Shown here piece by piece: positions 28,854 through 41,795 of a stretch of 64,000 nucleotides of DNA. Position numbers and translations under genes: made by a program. Within the stretch, counting starts at the first letter, position 1; each line of letters opens with the position of its first letter. Source of the DNA: Eledone cirrhosa (lineage: Eukaryota); NCBI GenBank assembly GCA_964016885.1, contig OZ024750.1, forward strand, positions 9,796,001 through 9,860,000, given 5' to 3'. The notes under the pieces are model-generated. The model did no database searches, was not told where the DNA came from, and saw only the letters and a program-made list of their open reading frames with translations.

Positions 28854-31208
28854 TTAAATATATATGTATTTAGTGAAGTGAAAAATTGTCAAGTTGATGC
28901 AAATATATGCTGGGTTTATGTCATCATTTAATGTCCAATTTCCTTGCTAGTAAGGGTTGGACATACTAGATATTTTTACATTTACTTTTGACTCTGTCGT
29001 ATTGTCTGTTTACAGTAATATATATAATTCTGTTCTTATCCACACCTCCCAAAAAACTAACTTTTTGTCTTAGTAAAGTGAAACTGCTACAGAAACTATA
29101 TATTTAATGACTAAGCTAAACCAGATTTGTTATCTTGTTCAAGGTAAATTAATATCCAAGAAAACAAAAAGGTATGTTTCTGATTCCAAGAAAAAAAATG
29201 TAAAGTTTATTTGGATTTAATTAAGCAACTATAGGATTTCATAATACTTCAAAATTACATCAGATTAATAAAATGGAAAGCTGTAATTTGATTAAAGAAC
29301 ATAATTGCAATTATTTATTTACTGAATATATTTTAATGAATATGTATTAATTAATAATTCTTAGGAATATGCTTCCTCCAATTCTTTCTTTTTTTTTTTT
29401 TTTTTCAGAATTAACTTTGTTGTTGAGTCATCTTAAGATATTGTAGAAAGTTAAATTGAGTCTTTCTTGTGCCAAGTAGCTCATCATGTTGGAATTTTTC
29501 CGCTTTTATGTAGCGTTTATATAGCGTTAAATAATGAGTACAAGGTAGGATGCCTATAAGGTTAACGCTCTGCTGGTGGTAGTGGTACACATTTTCATTT
29601 AAGTGGACTGGAGCAATGTGGACTGAAGTGCCAACCACTAGACTACATGCCTTCTGAGAGTACACGATAGGATACCTATCTCTTGTAAGGTTAACGTCCT
29701 GTTAGTGGTACACATTTCCGTCTATGTGGACTGAAGTGCCAACCACTAAACTGCTGCATACCTTTCATACATGCTAAACAATGGAAATGCTGTACATTTA
29801 TATAATTGAATATTATGAAAGTAGGATTGCTTTTTTGGTCAATATGCTGGGAGTCTTCTTTAAAGAATGATTATTGGTCCTGTGTTCAGACATTTTGACT
29901 CCATTGATTACTTAAAAATTAAAAAAATAGTTGTCATTTTGTTTTATAATCAAGTTTTTTACATTTATAGATCCATCTCACAAATAGATGGAGAATTTGT
30001 AGAAAAATAACAAATGCTATAGATGATTTACAAGTTAGATAGAAATGTATTTCCTGATAATAACCATAGATGTTTTGTTAGGAAAAAAGAAAAATGTTTA
30101 CATCACATTAATCTCAAGTATAACAACAACAACAATTTTAAGATAATTTCCTTGCTAAAACAGGAGTTTGCCTTCCTCCATCATCTTCAGCCATATTGTT
30201 CTTGATTTTTCCTCTTCTTTCTACTTCCTTCCACATTATTTTCTATTAATCCTCTCACCCAATTACTTTAATCCTTCCTGAACACATGACCCGGTCATCT
30301 CATTCCTTTTCTCTTGACAACCTTCATCACTGGGCCTATTCCAGTAAGCCTCTGCAATTCATAGTTTGTTTTCCGCTCTCTGAACTATCCACATTTCCAT
30401 TCTTTCCAAACTTCTCTGCTGCTCAACATCCCCCAAGTCTCGCTGCCATAAAATATGGCACTTCTCACACATACACCATACATCTTACCCTTCAATTTCA
30501 GCAACACTCCCTTCCATGTTAACATGTCAGACAGTTTCCAGAACTACTTAAATGTATATCTCACTCTAGCTGTTGTTGCCAAATTTGATCCACTTTCTTC
30601 ATTCGTCTCCTAGATAACAAAAGACTTTCACACCTTCCATCTTCACCCTCAAGATCCAGCTCAACCTCTTCCTATATTCATTTTACACTTAAATGTAGCT
30701 GTCATGTTATTAATTCTTTCACACCAATAAATGTTCAATGTACCCACCTAATACATATTGTACATTTAATGGATTTCACTTCAATACCCTTCCTGCACAC
30801 TGCATACGGTCACTTTCCTTTTCCTTCCATCTCATCACGTATTTTATCACTTGCCATCAATATTTACTTTCATACCCTCTCCTCCCAAAAAGTCTTGAAA
30901 AATATTACCTCAGTGTTATATGCAAAGTATATTCAGTTGACCTTGAATTGTTGGCCTACCTTATCAATTCCAGTCATATTCTCATTAAAGAATTGTTTTA
31001 TCACCATTCCAATTACAGTTATCCACTTTCAAATGTTTGTTGTTTCAGGTTTAAAAAGCTCTCTCTATTTCAAAGATGGTAGACTTAATTTTGTTAGTAT
31101 CTCTGGCTTCTCTTCAATTAGTAACTGAACCTTTATAGAAAATGTCTGAGAATTCTAGAATGAACTCTTTAAGCAAATTTTATTTCTGAGTATTTATTTA
31201 TGTTACAG

Positions 31209-31269
31209 GATCCAATCCGTTGCCAATATCCAGTTACAAACACTGCCTAAAGACTTCATATTACTTATG
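31209..31269 (+). other. Candidate 5'UTR exon ending in ATG
   Basis: tgttacag|GAT ... TTATG|gtgagt; 61 nt of unique sequence. Confidence 0.45.
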
Positions 31270-34200
31270 GTGAGTAATGATTTCATGAAATGATTTTTCT
31301 GGTTGTAAATGCTATTCATGTATAAATTAAATGAATATTGCTTAATTTTAGGTTTGCTATTACTGGCAGCAATGCCGAGAAAGAGGTTATAGATGGTGTT
31401 ATTATATTTCAGAAGTTACTTGGAGTGAGTGAGGTTATGTATATACATATCTCCCCCCCCCCCCCCCTACTATTCTATAGTAAATGCTATGTTGGTTACC
31501 CCAGGAATCAAGGGTTTCAGATGAGGGCTGTATCTGGATTTTGTGATTATGGAGAAGGTTTTCAATAGAGCTCCTCTACTCTATAATCTGGTGGAAGCTA
31601 AATGTAGATAAGTAGCTTATGAAGGTCATGTATAAAGGTGCAACTAGTATAATATGAGTTTGTAAAGAATATAGTGAGGTAGGGGAGTTATAATAAAGCA
31701 CCAGATAAAATACCTTTTGGTGTTTAGTGTTGATCACGTTCATTCTCAGTTGAAATCATATGGCAATAGATTTTGGTTTTGATCTTCATTTTCAGTTGAA
31801 ACCCTGGCAGTTGATTTTACTATTTCTATTTCTAGATATTGCTAAGTACCAGAATATTCCATGATAAATTATATCTCTGATCTAGAATCAACTGCTTTTC
31901 TCATTTGTAAAAGCTAGTTTTGTGTCTAAAGTTTGAAGTCTTGTTAATATGGTCAAGTATTTACTGGTCAGTTTACCAGTACTTGACCTCTTGCTATACT
32001 TTTGTAATGTAAGTTATGATATTAAATATATATAGAATAAGCTTGAAGGCAAACTGTGCTTTAGTGTTGTTTTTAGTTGCCCTTTCTCTCTCAAAAAGAT
32101 GTATGTGCTGTGACTGAATCTACTATATAAGATTAAAATACTTTAATAATCCTATTATATTGATTACATAGCCAAGATTTGTTTTTCTAGTATTATAATT
32201 TGCATTTTGCTGTAGTCAGATACAGTTGAACGGTTGTTGGTGGTGGTGGTCATGGTGGTGGTGGTCGTGGTCGTGGTCGTGGTGGTGGCGGTGGTGGTTA
32301 TTACATGAACTTGAGGGAAAGATGGTGATAAAAGTAACTCTTTTTTAACTACAAATGATGGATAAAAAGTGATTACATGGATGATTTCTATAAACTCAGA
32401 TCAGCAGAGTTTTCTTTTATTTATTAGACACTATATACTTATAACTCTGCCTATTGTTTATTAGATATACTATACTTATAACTCTACCTATTGTTTATTA
32501 GACTCTATATACTTTTCATCTCTGGATCTCTGCAGCTATTTGGCAATACCTAGAATGAAAACAACAAAAATTAATGGAAGATACAATAGAAATAAAACAC
32601 ACACATACATGCACAACAAACACACAAACAGATAAAAGCATAAGACTTCTCATACAAACACACACATGTAATTACAAATGAGTGTGAACATATATTCATT
32701 GAAAGCATACTACAACAGATACACACATACACACATTACATTAAACTAAACACCCTCACAATATAAACCACATGCCCACATGTTGCAACAAACATGGCCA
32801 CACAGAAAACTAATTATGAAAGGATATAGATATAATCAAGGCTGAAATACTTTTATTATGGAAATGTGAAGATGGAATTGAAAACATCGAGAAGAAATAT
32901 TTTAATCCTTCAAATTCTTTCATTATTGAAATATAATTAAGATTGTAAATACTTTCAGCTTTCACTTCTGTTATTTCTCCTTGGTATACATTACAGTTAA
33001 AATGATGATTATATATAAATCTAACTTACTTTGTAGAAAATGTAATTCCTAACTAAAGTTGTCGGGGATATGTTTGAAGCATTACTTCAAAAATATCATT
33101 GTTAATATTGTATTGAAACAAGGGAAATATTTCGTAATGAAAGTATGTTCATTAAAACAGACGTATTTTGTAATGACATCATCATCATCATCATCACTGT
33201 TTAATGTCCATTTTTTCATGCTAGCATGGGCGAGACAAGTTGTCCTATTGTGACACAAGCCCAATCAGGAGATTATGTTAATATTATATAATTCAATAAT
33301 TATCATAGCATTCTGGTATATGGACATATAATAAGTTTCAAGTCAGCTACACACTGTCATGGTGTTCTGATATATGGACATTATATAATAAGTTTCAGGT
33401 TAGCTACATACAGTTGTGGTGTTCTGATATATGGATGTATAAGTTTCAAGTCACATCTTTTCTTCAAAGTCTATATTAAATTTTCTTGGTAATTTAATCA
33501 AAACATTTCTTGGAAATCAATGGACCAATTTTATTGGATAGCTTTCTTTTTTTCAAAGAGCCCTCTGGTCTTGTTTAACACCATTTCAATATATTTAGTA
33601 CCAAGTCTTTTTAATTTTCACTATATATATCCAATTACACAATTATCCTTAACTACAAGTATATGGTGTTTATTTTATCATTGTTCTCTAACACTGAAAG
33701 TGAAAACTTTCTCTATTACATACAAATACATTCTTGAAAGTTATGTATAAAATTAGCCACATATTTTTTATGTTATAATTTTTCTTTCAATAAAGGAATC
33801 CGTTTGTATTGATAAATGTTAGCATAATTTAATAAAACTTTATTGGTTAGTCTTTAGCAACAAATTCTCTGTAACCTTTCAATTTTGTCCTGAGTTACTT
33901 CATATAATATTGATTTAATGATTAATTGTGTAGTCAGTCAACTTATAATTTCATATAATAATTACTTTAAAAGATTCTACACAAAGGGGGTTGTTGAATT
34001 ACATAGAGTGCATTATATTTTCTTTCTGATAATTATCTAACACCTATCAAAGTTAAATTGTGTTGAAATCATCATCTTTCTAACTCTCCACTTCCTTTTT
34101 TTTTATCTTGTTGATACACATATTATATGTTCAGCAAGGATGAAAATTCAATTACTTAAAGTTCAATTTTTCAGTTAGTATCACTGTCTTTTCATACATT

Positions 34201-34319
34201 GTTAGTCTCTTACTTATTTGGTTTATTTTCCTATATAGATACTTATCTATAATGCGATCTATATAGATACATATCTATCTAGTCTACTTATAATATGATA
34301 TATATAGATACATACCAAT

Positions 34320-34660
34320 GGAGGCACATGGCTTAGTGGTTAGAGCATTGGCCTTGCAATCGAAAGGTTGTGAGTTCAATTCTCAGACTGGGTGATGTGT
34401 TGTTTCCTTGAGCAAGACACTTTATTTCACATTGCTCCATTTTATTCAGCTGTAGAAATGAGATGATAGGGACTCGGGTCCCTATCATTCCACTGCAAAG
34501 TGGTCGTGGAGGTGTCACGGCAAAAAGCACCCAGCACTCACTGTAAATGAGGTTGGTGTTAGGAAGGGCATCCAGCTGTAGAAATCAAGCCAGATTCAGT
34601 TCTCGTCCCACCCTTGCAAGCAGGGAAAAGCGGACGTAAAATGAGGATGATGATGATGAT
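34320..34660 (+). mobile_element. tRNA-derived SINE with RTE-type 3' end (family 1)
   Basis: A-box TGGCTTAGTGG, B-box-like GAGTTCAATTC, central ccttgagcaagacact, RTE-like ggtgttaggaagggcatccagc and (GAT)n tail. Confidence 0.88.
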
Positions 34661-35369
34661 CTAGCTAGTCTACTTATGTCATACCTATCACAATATTTTT
34701 GGTCCTTTTTTTTTATGACTATCCTAGCCACCATAATTCTGTGGTGGAATATATATTCTTTTGATTGATATTTGAAATCTATTCTGGTTTAGTGATGTAC
34801 CTTTCAGCACTGAGCAGAACTTCAAAGTGCCATGTTACATTAGTTGAAAAATACTTAAACTTTTGTTTATTTTACAATTTCTATCACAAATGTTTTTGTA
34901 GTTTGAAAAATGTACAGAATTTTAGTGTACCAAAAGTGTAAATGGTAAGTTGATACAGATTCAAATAGCACCAGAACCATTTTTAAAAAATATATTTATT
35001 TATTTTTGAAATGATTCTGTGATTCACATGCACTTACGTACTTTATACATTAATGCCCATCTCACTAAAATTATATAAGGGACATTTTTTTTTTGTGTGT
35101 GTGGAAAGAAGAAATGCAATATATATGATATTTGCTGAAAAACATTAAAGTTTCTTTTGTATTTCTTTGTTCTATTAATTTGTATCTGGATATTTCTGAT
35201 TGTAGTTTATGTAAGATAATTTTATTGCTTAACCCATTTTGGCTCTTTTCTGCTTGATAATCTTCTCTGTTCTCTTGGCAATACAGCTATAAGGTCTAAG
35301 CTGTTTCTTTTCCAAACTTACCATATTTTCCTCTTAATTATGTTACATGTGCATTTTTGATTCCTGCAG

Positions 35370-35408
35370 GGATGACCAAATGGCCGTATGAATCTGCTTT
35401 GAATTTTG
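35370..35408 (+). CDS. TNRC6: Candidate 39-nt 5' exon of GW182 (ATG 35372: MTKWPYESALNF, phase 1)
   Basis: ttcctgcag| ... TTG|gtaagt, strong sites at both ends; in frame with 41796 if spliced directly. Confidence 0.5.
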
Positions 35409-35984
35409 GTAAGTTTCTCATAGAGGATAATCTGAAGCTATATAGTTCTATATCATTTCTGTGTGACTGTGTTTGTCTGATTCAGTGTATGAACAAGAAA
35501 AAAAAAAACCTGTATCAATTCAATTGAAGCTAAGGTTTGACTCCCAGGCTACTTCATGTTTATTCAAGTCACTTGGAGTAGTGATGGAGTCCAGCTTCAG
35601 ACTGGATGTTTGCGTGTGTATTGGCTTATTACATCAAGAATGCTACTACCCACTTTACTATTATGTTTCCATGCAGCTGTGACCCCTCAGTATTCCTTCT
35701 CCTACTTCACACAGCATCAGTCATTCTTTTAAGTTATAATGCCAATCAGTGTTCATCCACAAAAATGCTGCATACCTCTCTGATCATTTAAGAGTTGCAA
35801 CAATGATTAGACTCTGCTTTGCTGAGGAGGTCTAATAAGGCTGAAACATGTTCAGCGTTATTAATGTACTACAGAAGATCAGAATAACTCTTCATTGGCT
35901 TCCATATCTTAATTACTTAAAATTCGTTTTTTAATTTTTTTATTTTAGCTGAATCAATCATTTAGATAATGATTGGTATAATTA

Positions 35985-36015
<31 letters not shown>

Positions 36016-36833
36016 TTTTGTGTATGTGTGTATATTTGATTGCTCCTTCATCTATAATCCCCCTGCTCTGTTTTAGTAATGTAATGCATGATGCTTAAAT
36101 CATACATCATTTGTAGGCTTTGCATAATAAACATAGATTATTATATGCGGCTGGCATTAGTCATTCATTTCTTGGCAATTTGCTTTTTTCCCCTCTCTTG
36201 TATGCTTTATTTTAAGTATTTTTTTCCTTCATTTCAAAAATGCGGCATATCCTTTCCTCTTTTTTATTCTGATAGCCTTACACTCTAGCTATTAAATCAG
36301 TTGTCTGCTGCTTCTAGTATTGTTTGAAATACCTCTAGTTAGCATGGTTGATAACTCATATTTTTTTTTATATTTTATGGTATTGTTATTTTCATTTATT
36401 TTTTTAAACCATGAGGAAAGTAAAAAATATTATTTTGTTTTTTTCTCTTCTGTCTTCTGTCTCTCTTTGTTCTTAATGGTTTGCTTCCTCATAACTTGAA
36501 TTTATTTCAGACTAGTTATATATTTTATTATCAATGGACTGTAATGGTTAGAACTCCCCCCACACCACCTCAAAAAGGTAGGGGTGGGGTAGGGGGAATT
36601 AATATATGAAATACTATCAGCTTTGGTTGGATAACTTGATATTAAATGTTATATAATGGCAAACCAGTGATAGGTTAATAGAATTTACGAAGATATATAC
36701 ATATTCATTGAAATATGTATATATATTAGGGGGCTGGAATATTAATTCACTGTTTATATATATATATATATCATGCTATAAAGCAATTATGGTGAAGTAA
36801 CCCCAACCTAACTACTCTTATTTGATATATATA

Positions 36834-36910
36834 CAGGGTGTCTCCAAAAGATATATACATATATTTATTAGAATGTTGTTGAAGTGTATATACATTTTTG
36901 GGACACCTTG
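36834..36910. mobile_element. 77-bp Tc1/mariner mini-MITE
   Basis: cagggtgtctccaaaaga ... catttttgggacaccttg. Confidence 0.72.
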
Positions 36911-39900
36911 TGTGTGTGTGTATATACACGCACGCGTGCACACACACAACCATAGAATAATTTTATTGAAATGCACTAGCCAGCAACAAATTTTAATGAA
37001 GTTCATGAAAAGATCTTTTCCTTTTATAACCCATTCCATCTGTTAGCGATCCTTAATCTTTGATCTACTATCTTGTTTCCTACAATGAATTATCAAGACC
37101 ATTATAGATCTTTTTCTTCTTCATTAACCAGAGTGTAAGGTTTAAAAATATTACTTTGTATTAGTGTACTGAAGAAATAGTGCCTGTGGGTGCAGACATA
37201 GTTATTTTGTTGAAATGTTCATAACAATGTACAGCACCTTAAGCAGGTCTTCAACTATACTATGAGATCGACCAAAAACCTTTTGTAGGAAATTTTGTAG
37301 ATGGAAACTGTGTGGAAGCCTTTTGGATATAATTAAAACCCTCTCCCTTTCTCTCTCTCTCTCCCTTATATATATATATATATAGGTGTGTGTGTTCTGG
37401 ATTCATCCTAGGATTGCTTTTCTTTACACATACCTTGGAGTTTATTTTAAGCTCTCTAATAACTTATTTTTGTTGATATCAAAAATTATAGAAACATCTT
37501 TAATAAATTGGAAGTTGTAGCTATGATTATTTTTTTCTAAATCATCTTTAAAATTTTGTCCTACTTTTTATTGCAAATATATTTACAATCAATTTTGGCA
37601 ACCTATTAATATTTTTAATCTATTAATATTTAAAACAATGTTGTCTCTGATAGAGAGTGTATAAATGTATAAATGAGAAACTCATTGCTAGAACAGCTGT
37701 TAAAACAGCTAAATGCTGTCAAAGACAGCGATGGGCAAAAATGCCTGAGAGGACAGAGACCAACGGCCAGTGGTGATCAGAGAGACAACCCACAAGATGG
37801 GTGACAGGCAGATGAAATATAGAAAAGATTGAAAGAAGAGGGCAAGGAGGAGTGACTGGAAGAAGGATTTCATTTCACTATCAACTAGTGATTTTAATTT
37901 GAAAATAAGTTTGATATTAAAAAGGAGGAAAAATTGTTTCTAATCAATAATATCATAACAATACTGTTTCTATATTATAGGCTCATTGTTTTGAATCTGT
38001 GAAGAGATCAATGGCCTAGTGGATTAATTACAGGAATCCCGACTCCTGATTCCTATAAATGGAGTTAATCCTGACCATAATCACTTTGTACGTGATCTAG
38101 TGTGTAATTCAACTAGAATAAGTTATGCCCCCCCCCCCCCCCCCCCCCCCGGAAATTATTTGGAAATCCTAGGTAGTGTCTGTCTATATTAGAAATATGG
38201 CCTCAGCCAGATGGCTGGAACAGGTAAAAGAGTAATATTTGCAGTGTTAGTTTTGACTATTAGCTATAACTACATCAGTTATGCTTCTTTAGGAATGGTA
38301 TAATCATCACAATTTCCTATAATATATACATATGGACATATAAATAGAACATATCTTTGTAATAACATTTTTACATTTTTCAGTGGTTTGTTCTCAACCT
38401 CACAATCTTTTATTTTTTTAAGTTCTTTGTTGACTTGGACATATTTTGTCATTGATTTATTTTTAATTTGGAATTTTTTAAATTGCTTATAGCATATCAT
38501 TTCTTTTGAGGTAAAGAATATATGTTTTCTTTCTCATTACTAAGGAACTGGTTATTATCATTATTTTAATTGAAAGATGCTTGCTTGCTTGAAAAATGTC
38601 CATCTTCAGTGATTATTGTTTTTATTCTACATTGAAGATTGGAAGTAATTTGTTTGTTTAAAATGTTATTCGTTTATTGAAAGAGGACTGCAAAAATGTT
38701 GGTATTTTAGTGCTAGTGGAAGGAGTAGTCCTGTTTGTAGCATGTAGGCTTAACCATTTTAAATAAGTTATACTCTTGCCTCATTGACTTATTAATTTTG
38801 TTTGGCAACACACCAACAGTTGTTAAATTTGATAGAAACTAAATTAAAATCTGTTTCTTAATATAAATGTTTTTGTTGTTTCTCCTTGAAAATATATTCC
38901 ATTTTGAAACAATAAGCTGGATTCATTTCAATCAATATCAAATAATTAATTTAAAGGAAGTTAATGGTAGTTTGTTTACATTTATGAACAATATCTAAGA
39001 TAATCTTTTCATAAAGTTTGTCTTGAAATTACAAGATTATTTTTATAGATTCCTACATAAAATATGTAGTTAAATTGATTCCTCCAGTATTTCTCAACTT
39101 TGGTTAGTTTCATAGATTTTATATGTTGTAATCTATTAAGTATTTTAAAAAATAATTACATATATATTTATTTATTTTGCTTATAGAATACAAAATCTAA
39201 TTTCTGTGGTGCATAAAGTCCTTTAAATCCTGTATTAATTTTATTCAATCAAAATAACCTTTAAAATAGTCATCTGTAATGATAAGAAGTTATAGAATAT
39301 ATATTACATGGAATTATAATGTTAATTTTGTTGAAGAAATACCTTTAAGTAGAAGTATCTGTCTTTCAGGAGGATTTTAACTTATTTTTGATACCTTCAA
39401 ATCCTCATAACTGTATAAAAAGCACCATATTATAAAATGATAGAAGCCTTTTCACTGAGGATGTTGTTGTATCTAGACAAATTCAGATTGACTAGATCAA
39501 TAATTAAAGATATGCTATATTTTGTATATAAAGGACTACTTTGTATCCTTGTTTATTTAAAGTAGTAGGGTGTATGATGCCTCCACTAGTTTTTCTGAAA
39601 GGGTATTTTTTTCTTTGTGAAATATTATTTTCAAATTCATATTTATTTGGATTTCATTTCATTTAATTTTGCTTACATCTGCAATAGTGTTATGTATTCT
39701 TAGTCTTAAAAATATTATCTATCATTTTAATCAATTATTTTATCTGCTAAAATTTGGCTATTTAATGTTAAAATCTTTTTGCTTAAATTCTTCCTGGCAA
39801 TATAGAATAATGCATTCTGATATTTTTAAAGATTATTTTTTAAATGAACTTCACTGTTATATTAGATTATTCCTACCTTATTGAAAATTTCTATTTATAA

Positions 39901-39928
39901 ACCAAAATTTATATTTATTGCACTACAG

Positions 39929-40095
39929 GAAAAATTTGGCTTGTCTCCCCAACTCTTCCACTCAGCTTCCCACCTTGAAAGTAAGTGTAATGCTGTGCGG
40001 GTCTTCACACAACCCACATGGCAAAGGAAAAAGTCTGGCAGAGTGCCAGATGAATCTAGAAGGCTTTCAAGGACTCATCCCTGGAATGTCAGCAG
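39929..40095 (+). CDS. TNRC6: Candidate 5' exon of GW182 with two donors (39980 and 40095); ATG at 39990 is in frame with the main ORF via the 40095 donor
   Basis: ctacag|G acceptor; donors GAAA|gtaagt and GCAG|gtatat; GC content higher than flanks; phase 1 compatible with 41796. Confidence 0.5.
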
Positions 40096-41158
40096 GTATA
40101 TTTCCTTGAAGATTGTTAGGACTCACTTAACTAGAGAATAATTTGTCTGTTATTGGCAATAGTGCAATGATTCGACTATAATGTTGATTCATAGCAAATT
40201 TGTATACCTGCAGTTTTTATTTTACTTAGTCTAACTTCCAAGGAATCTTTCCTTGCTAAACTGATCTTTCCCTGGGGTTTACCTCCCACTTCTCAATAGT
40301 ACTTTCTTTTGTCTTATTCTTTGACAAGGAGTGTGATTGAAATTATTTAAGGGATTATAATGTTTGCCTTACCCTCATTTAACCTTATACTCTCTTTTCC
40401 CTTTGAAGGGATCAGTTTAGTTTATCAATATTATTTCCTCTTCTTACTTTACATGTAAGACAATTTATTTACTACTTTAATGGTTAACGCTATTATTCTT
40501 TGTTTCTTTGTTTTATAATAGTCTCAAATATACATTTAGTAGTTTTTACCATTTTCAGGAATCCTATATTTCAGGTGCCTTTGTTTTTCAGGAGGTTTTT
40601 TTGTTTTGTTTTGTTTTGTTTTAATAGGACACTTGGAAAAAAAACAAAGCAACATTGTAATATTTCTAAATACCAATAAAGTGTATTGATCTTGCATTTG
40701 GTTATAGATAGGGTACATATGTTATTGAACTAATATTTTAGTGGGATTTAACACTAAAATAGTATCAATGTTTTATAATATTAATTATAGAAAATAAGGT
40801 TTGCATAAAATCATCAAACATCTTCCAATATCACGGGAGAGTGTTGACTGCCAAATGAATAGTCGACTTACTGCTTCTATGATTATTCCAATAAATATTA
40901 AGGAATCTAAGCTATGATAAGTATAAGTTAATCCATGTAGTAGATACTATGTAATTCAGCCATCCTTTTCATGCCAAATGGTACCCCTTGCAAATAGACT
41001 CCTACAAAACAGGAGCTGCATGTAGACCATGCTGAATTCTTGTATTACAAGTGTCTCTGATGTATTGATTATGCCTTAACAATTGACCAAAATCCATGAA
41101 TCTACTTCAAAGATCTAATAAGGCTACTCAGTATCGACAAGTAAATAAGTTGTATCAA

Positions 41159-41340
41159 CCCTTTTGATACCAACTCAGCCAAAACTACCTCTGGTTCTAT
41201 AAAACAAAACAACTCATTTTAAAAGGGTTCCTATTTATCATAATATATATAGTTGAACCATATCTTAGTAATGAAATAATAATTTTAGTAAATTCCTGAA
41301 AATAGAATGTATTTCATTAGAAATATAACAACAAAAGGGG
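41159..41340 (-). mobile_element. TTAA-flanked MITE family B
   Basis: Reverse-complement match to the 27079 and 49948 copies; ends aaaagggg-TTAA. Confidence 0.65.
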
Positions 41341-41795
41341 TTAATAATCTTAAAATTTTAAAAGAAGAAAAAATGGTAGCACAATAACCTTAATTTTCCA
41401 TAGTTCCAGGCAATGATTCAGCCATTTTGTTTTCTTTTGTATTTATATTTTTTTAAATGCTGCATATCAACAAGGTAAAAAATAATTTTTTGTAATTAAC
41501 TTCAGCTTTTATGTAGAGATAATTTTGTTTGAAATAGGGATTTTGACAGATATACTTTGAAAATAACTCGTATAAATATCATTTTCATTGGTTTCAAGGT
41601 TTTTAAATATTGTGAAAAATAGCATCTTTATTGTTACAAATGTATGAAGTCTTTAATTTTTTTTTCTTAATGAATCTTGTTTTACTTTCAGATTTGTAGA
41701 ATGCAGAAAAGAATGATATTCTTTTAATTCTTTTGTACTTTATTTATCTAAATTGTTTTCTTTTCATTTATTTTTCTTTTATTTATTTTTTACAG

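Noticed and set aside
34320-34395. tRNA gene
   Set aside because: tRNA-like head continuous with a SINE body and RTE tail; a near-identical copy is at 11264-11613
38128-38150. Poly-C run, and the (GGT)n tract at 32234-32298, as G-quadruplex regulators
   Set aside because: Simple repeats with no supporting context
41753-41795. ORF-track start MFSFHLFFF; likewise 59906 MLICFQYF and 54098
   Set aside because: The 41753 and 59906 starts are intronic polypyrimidine tracts and 54098 is an internal TTG (Leu) codon; the true exon starts follow AG acceptors
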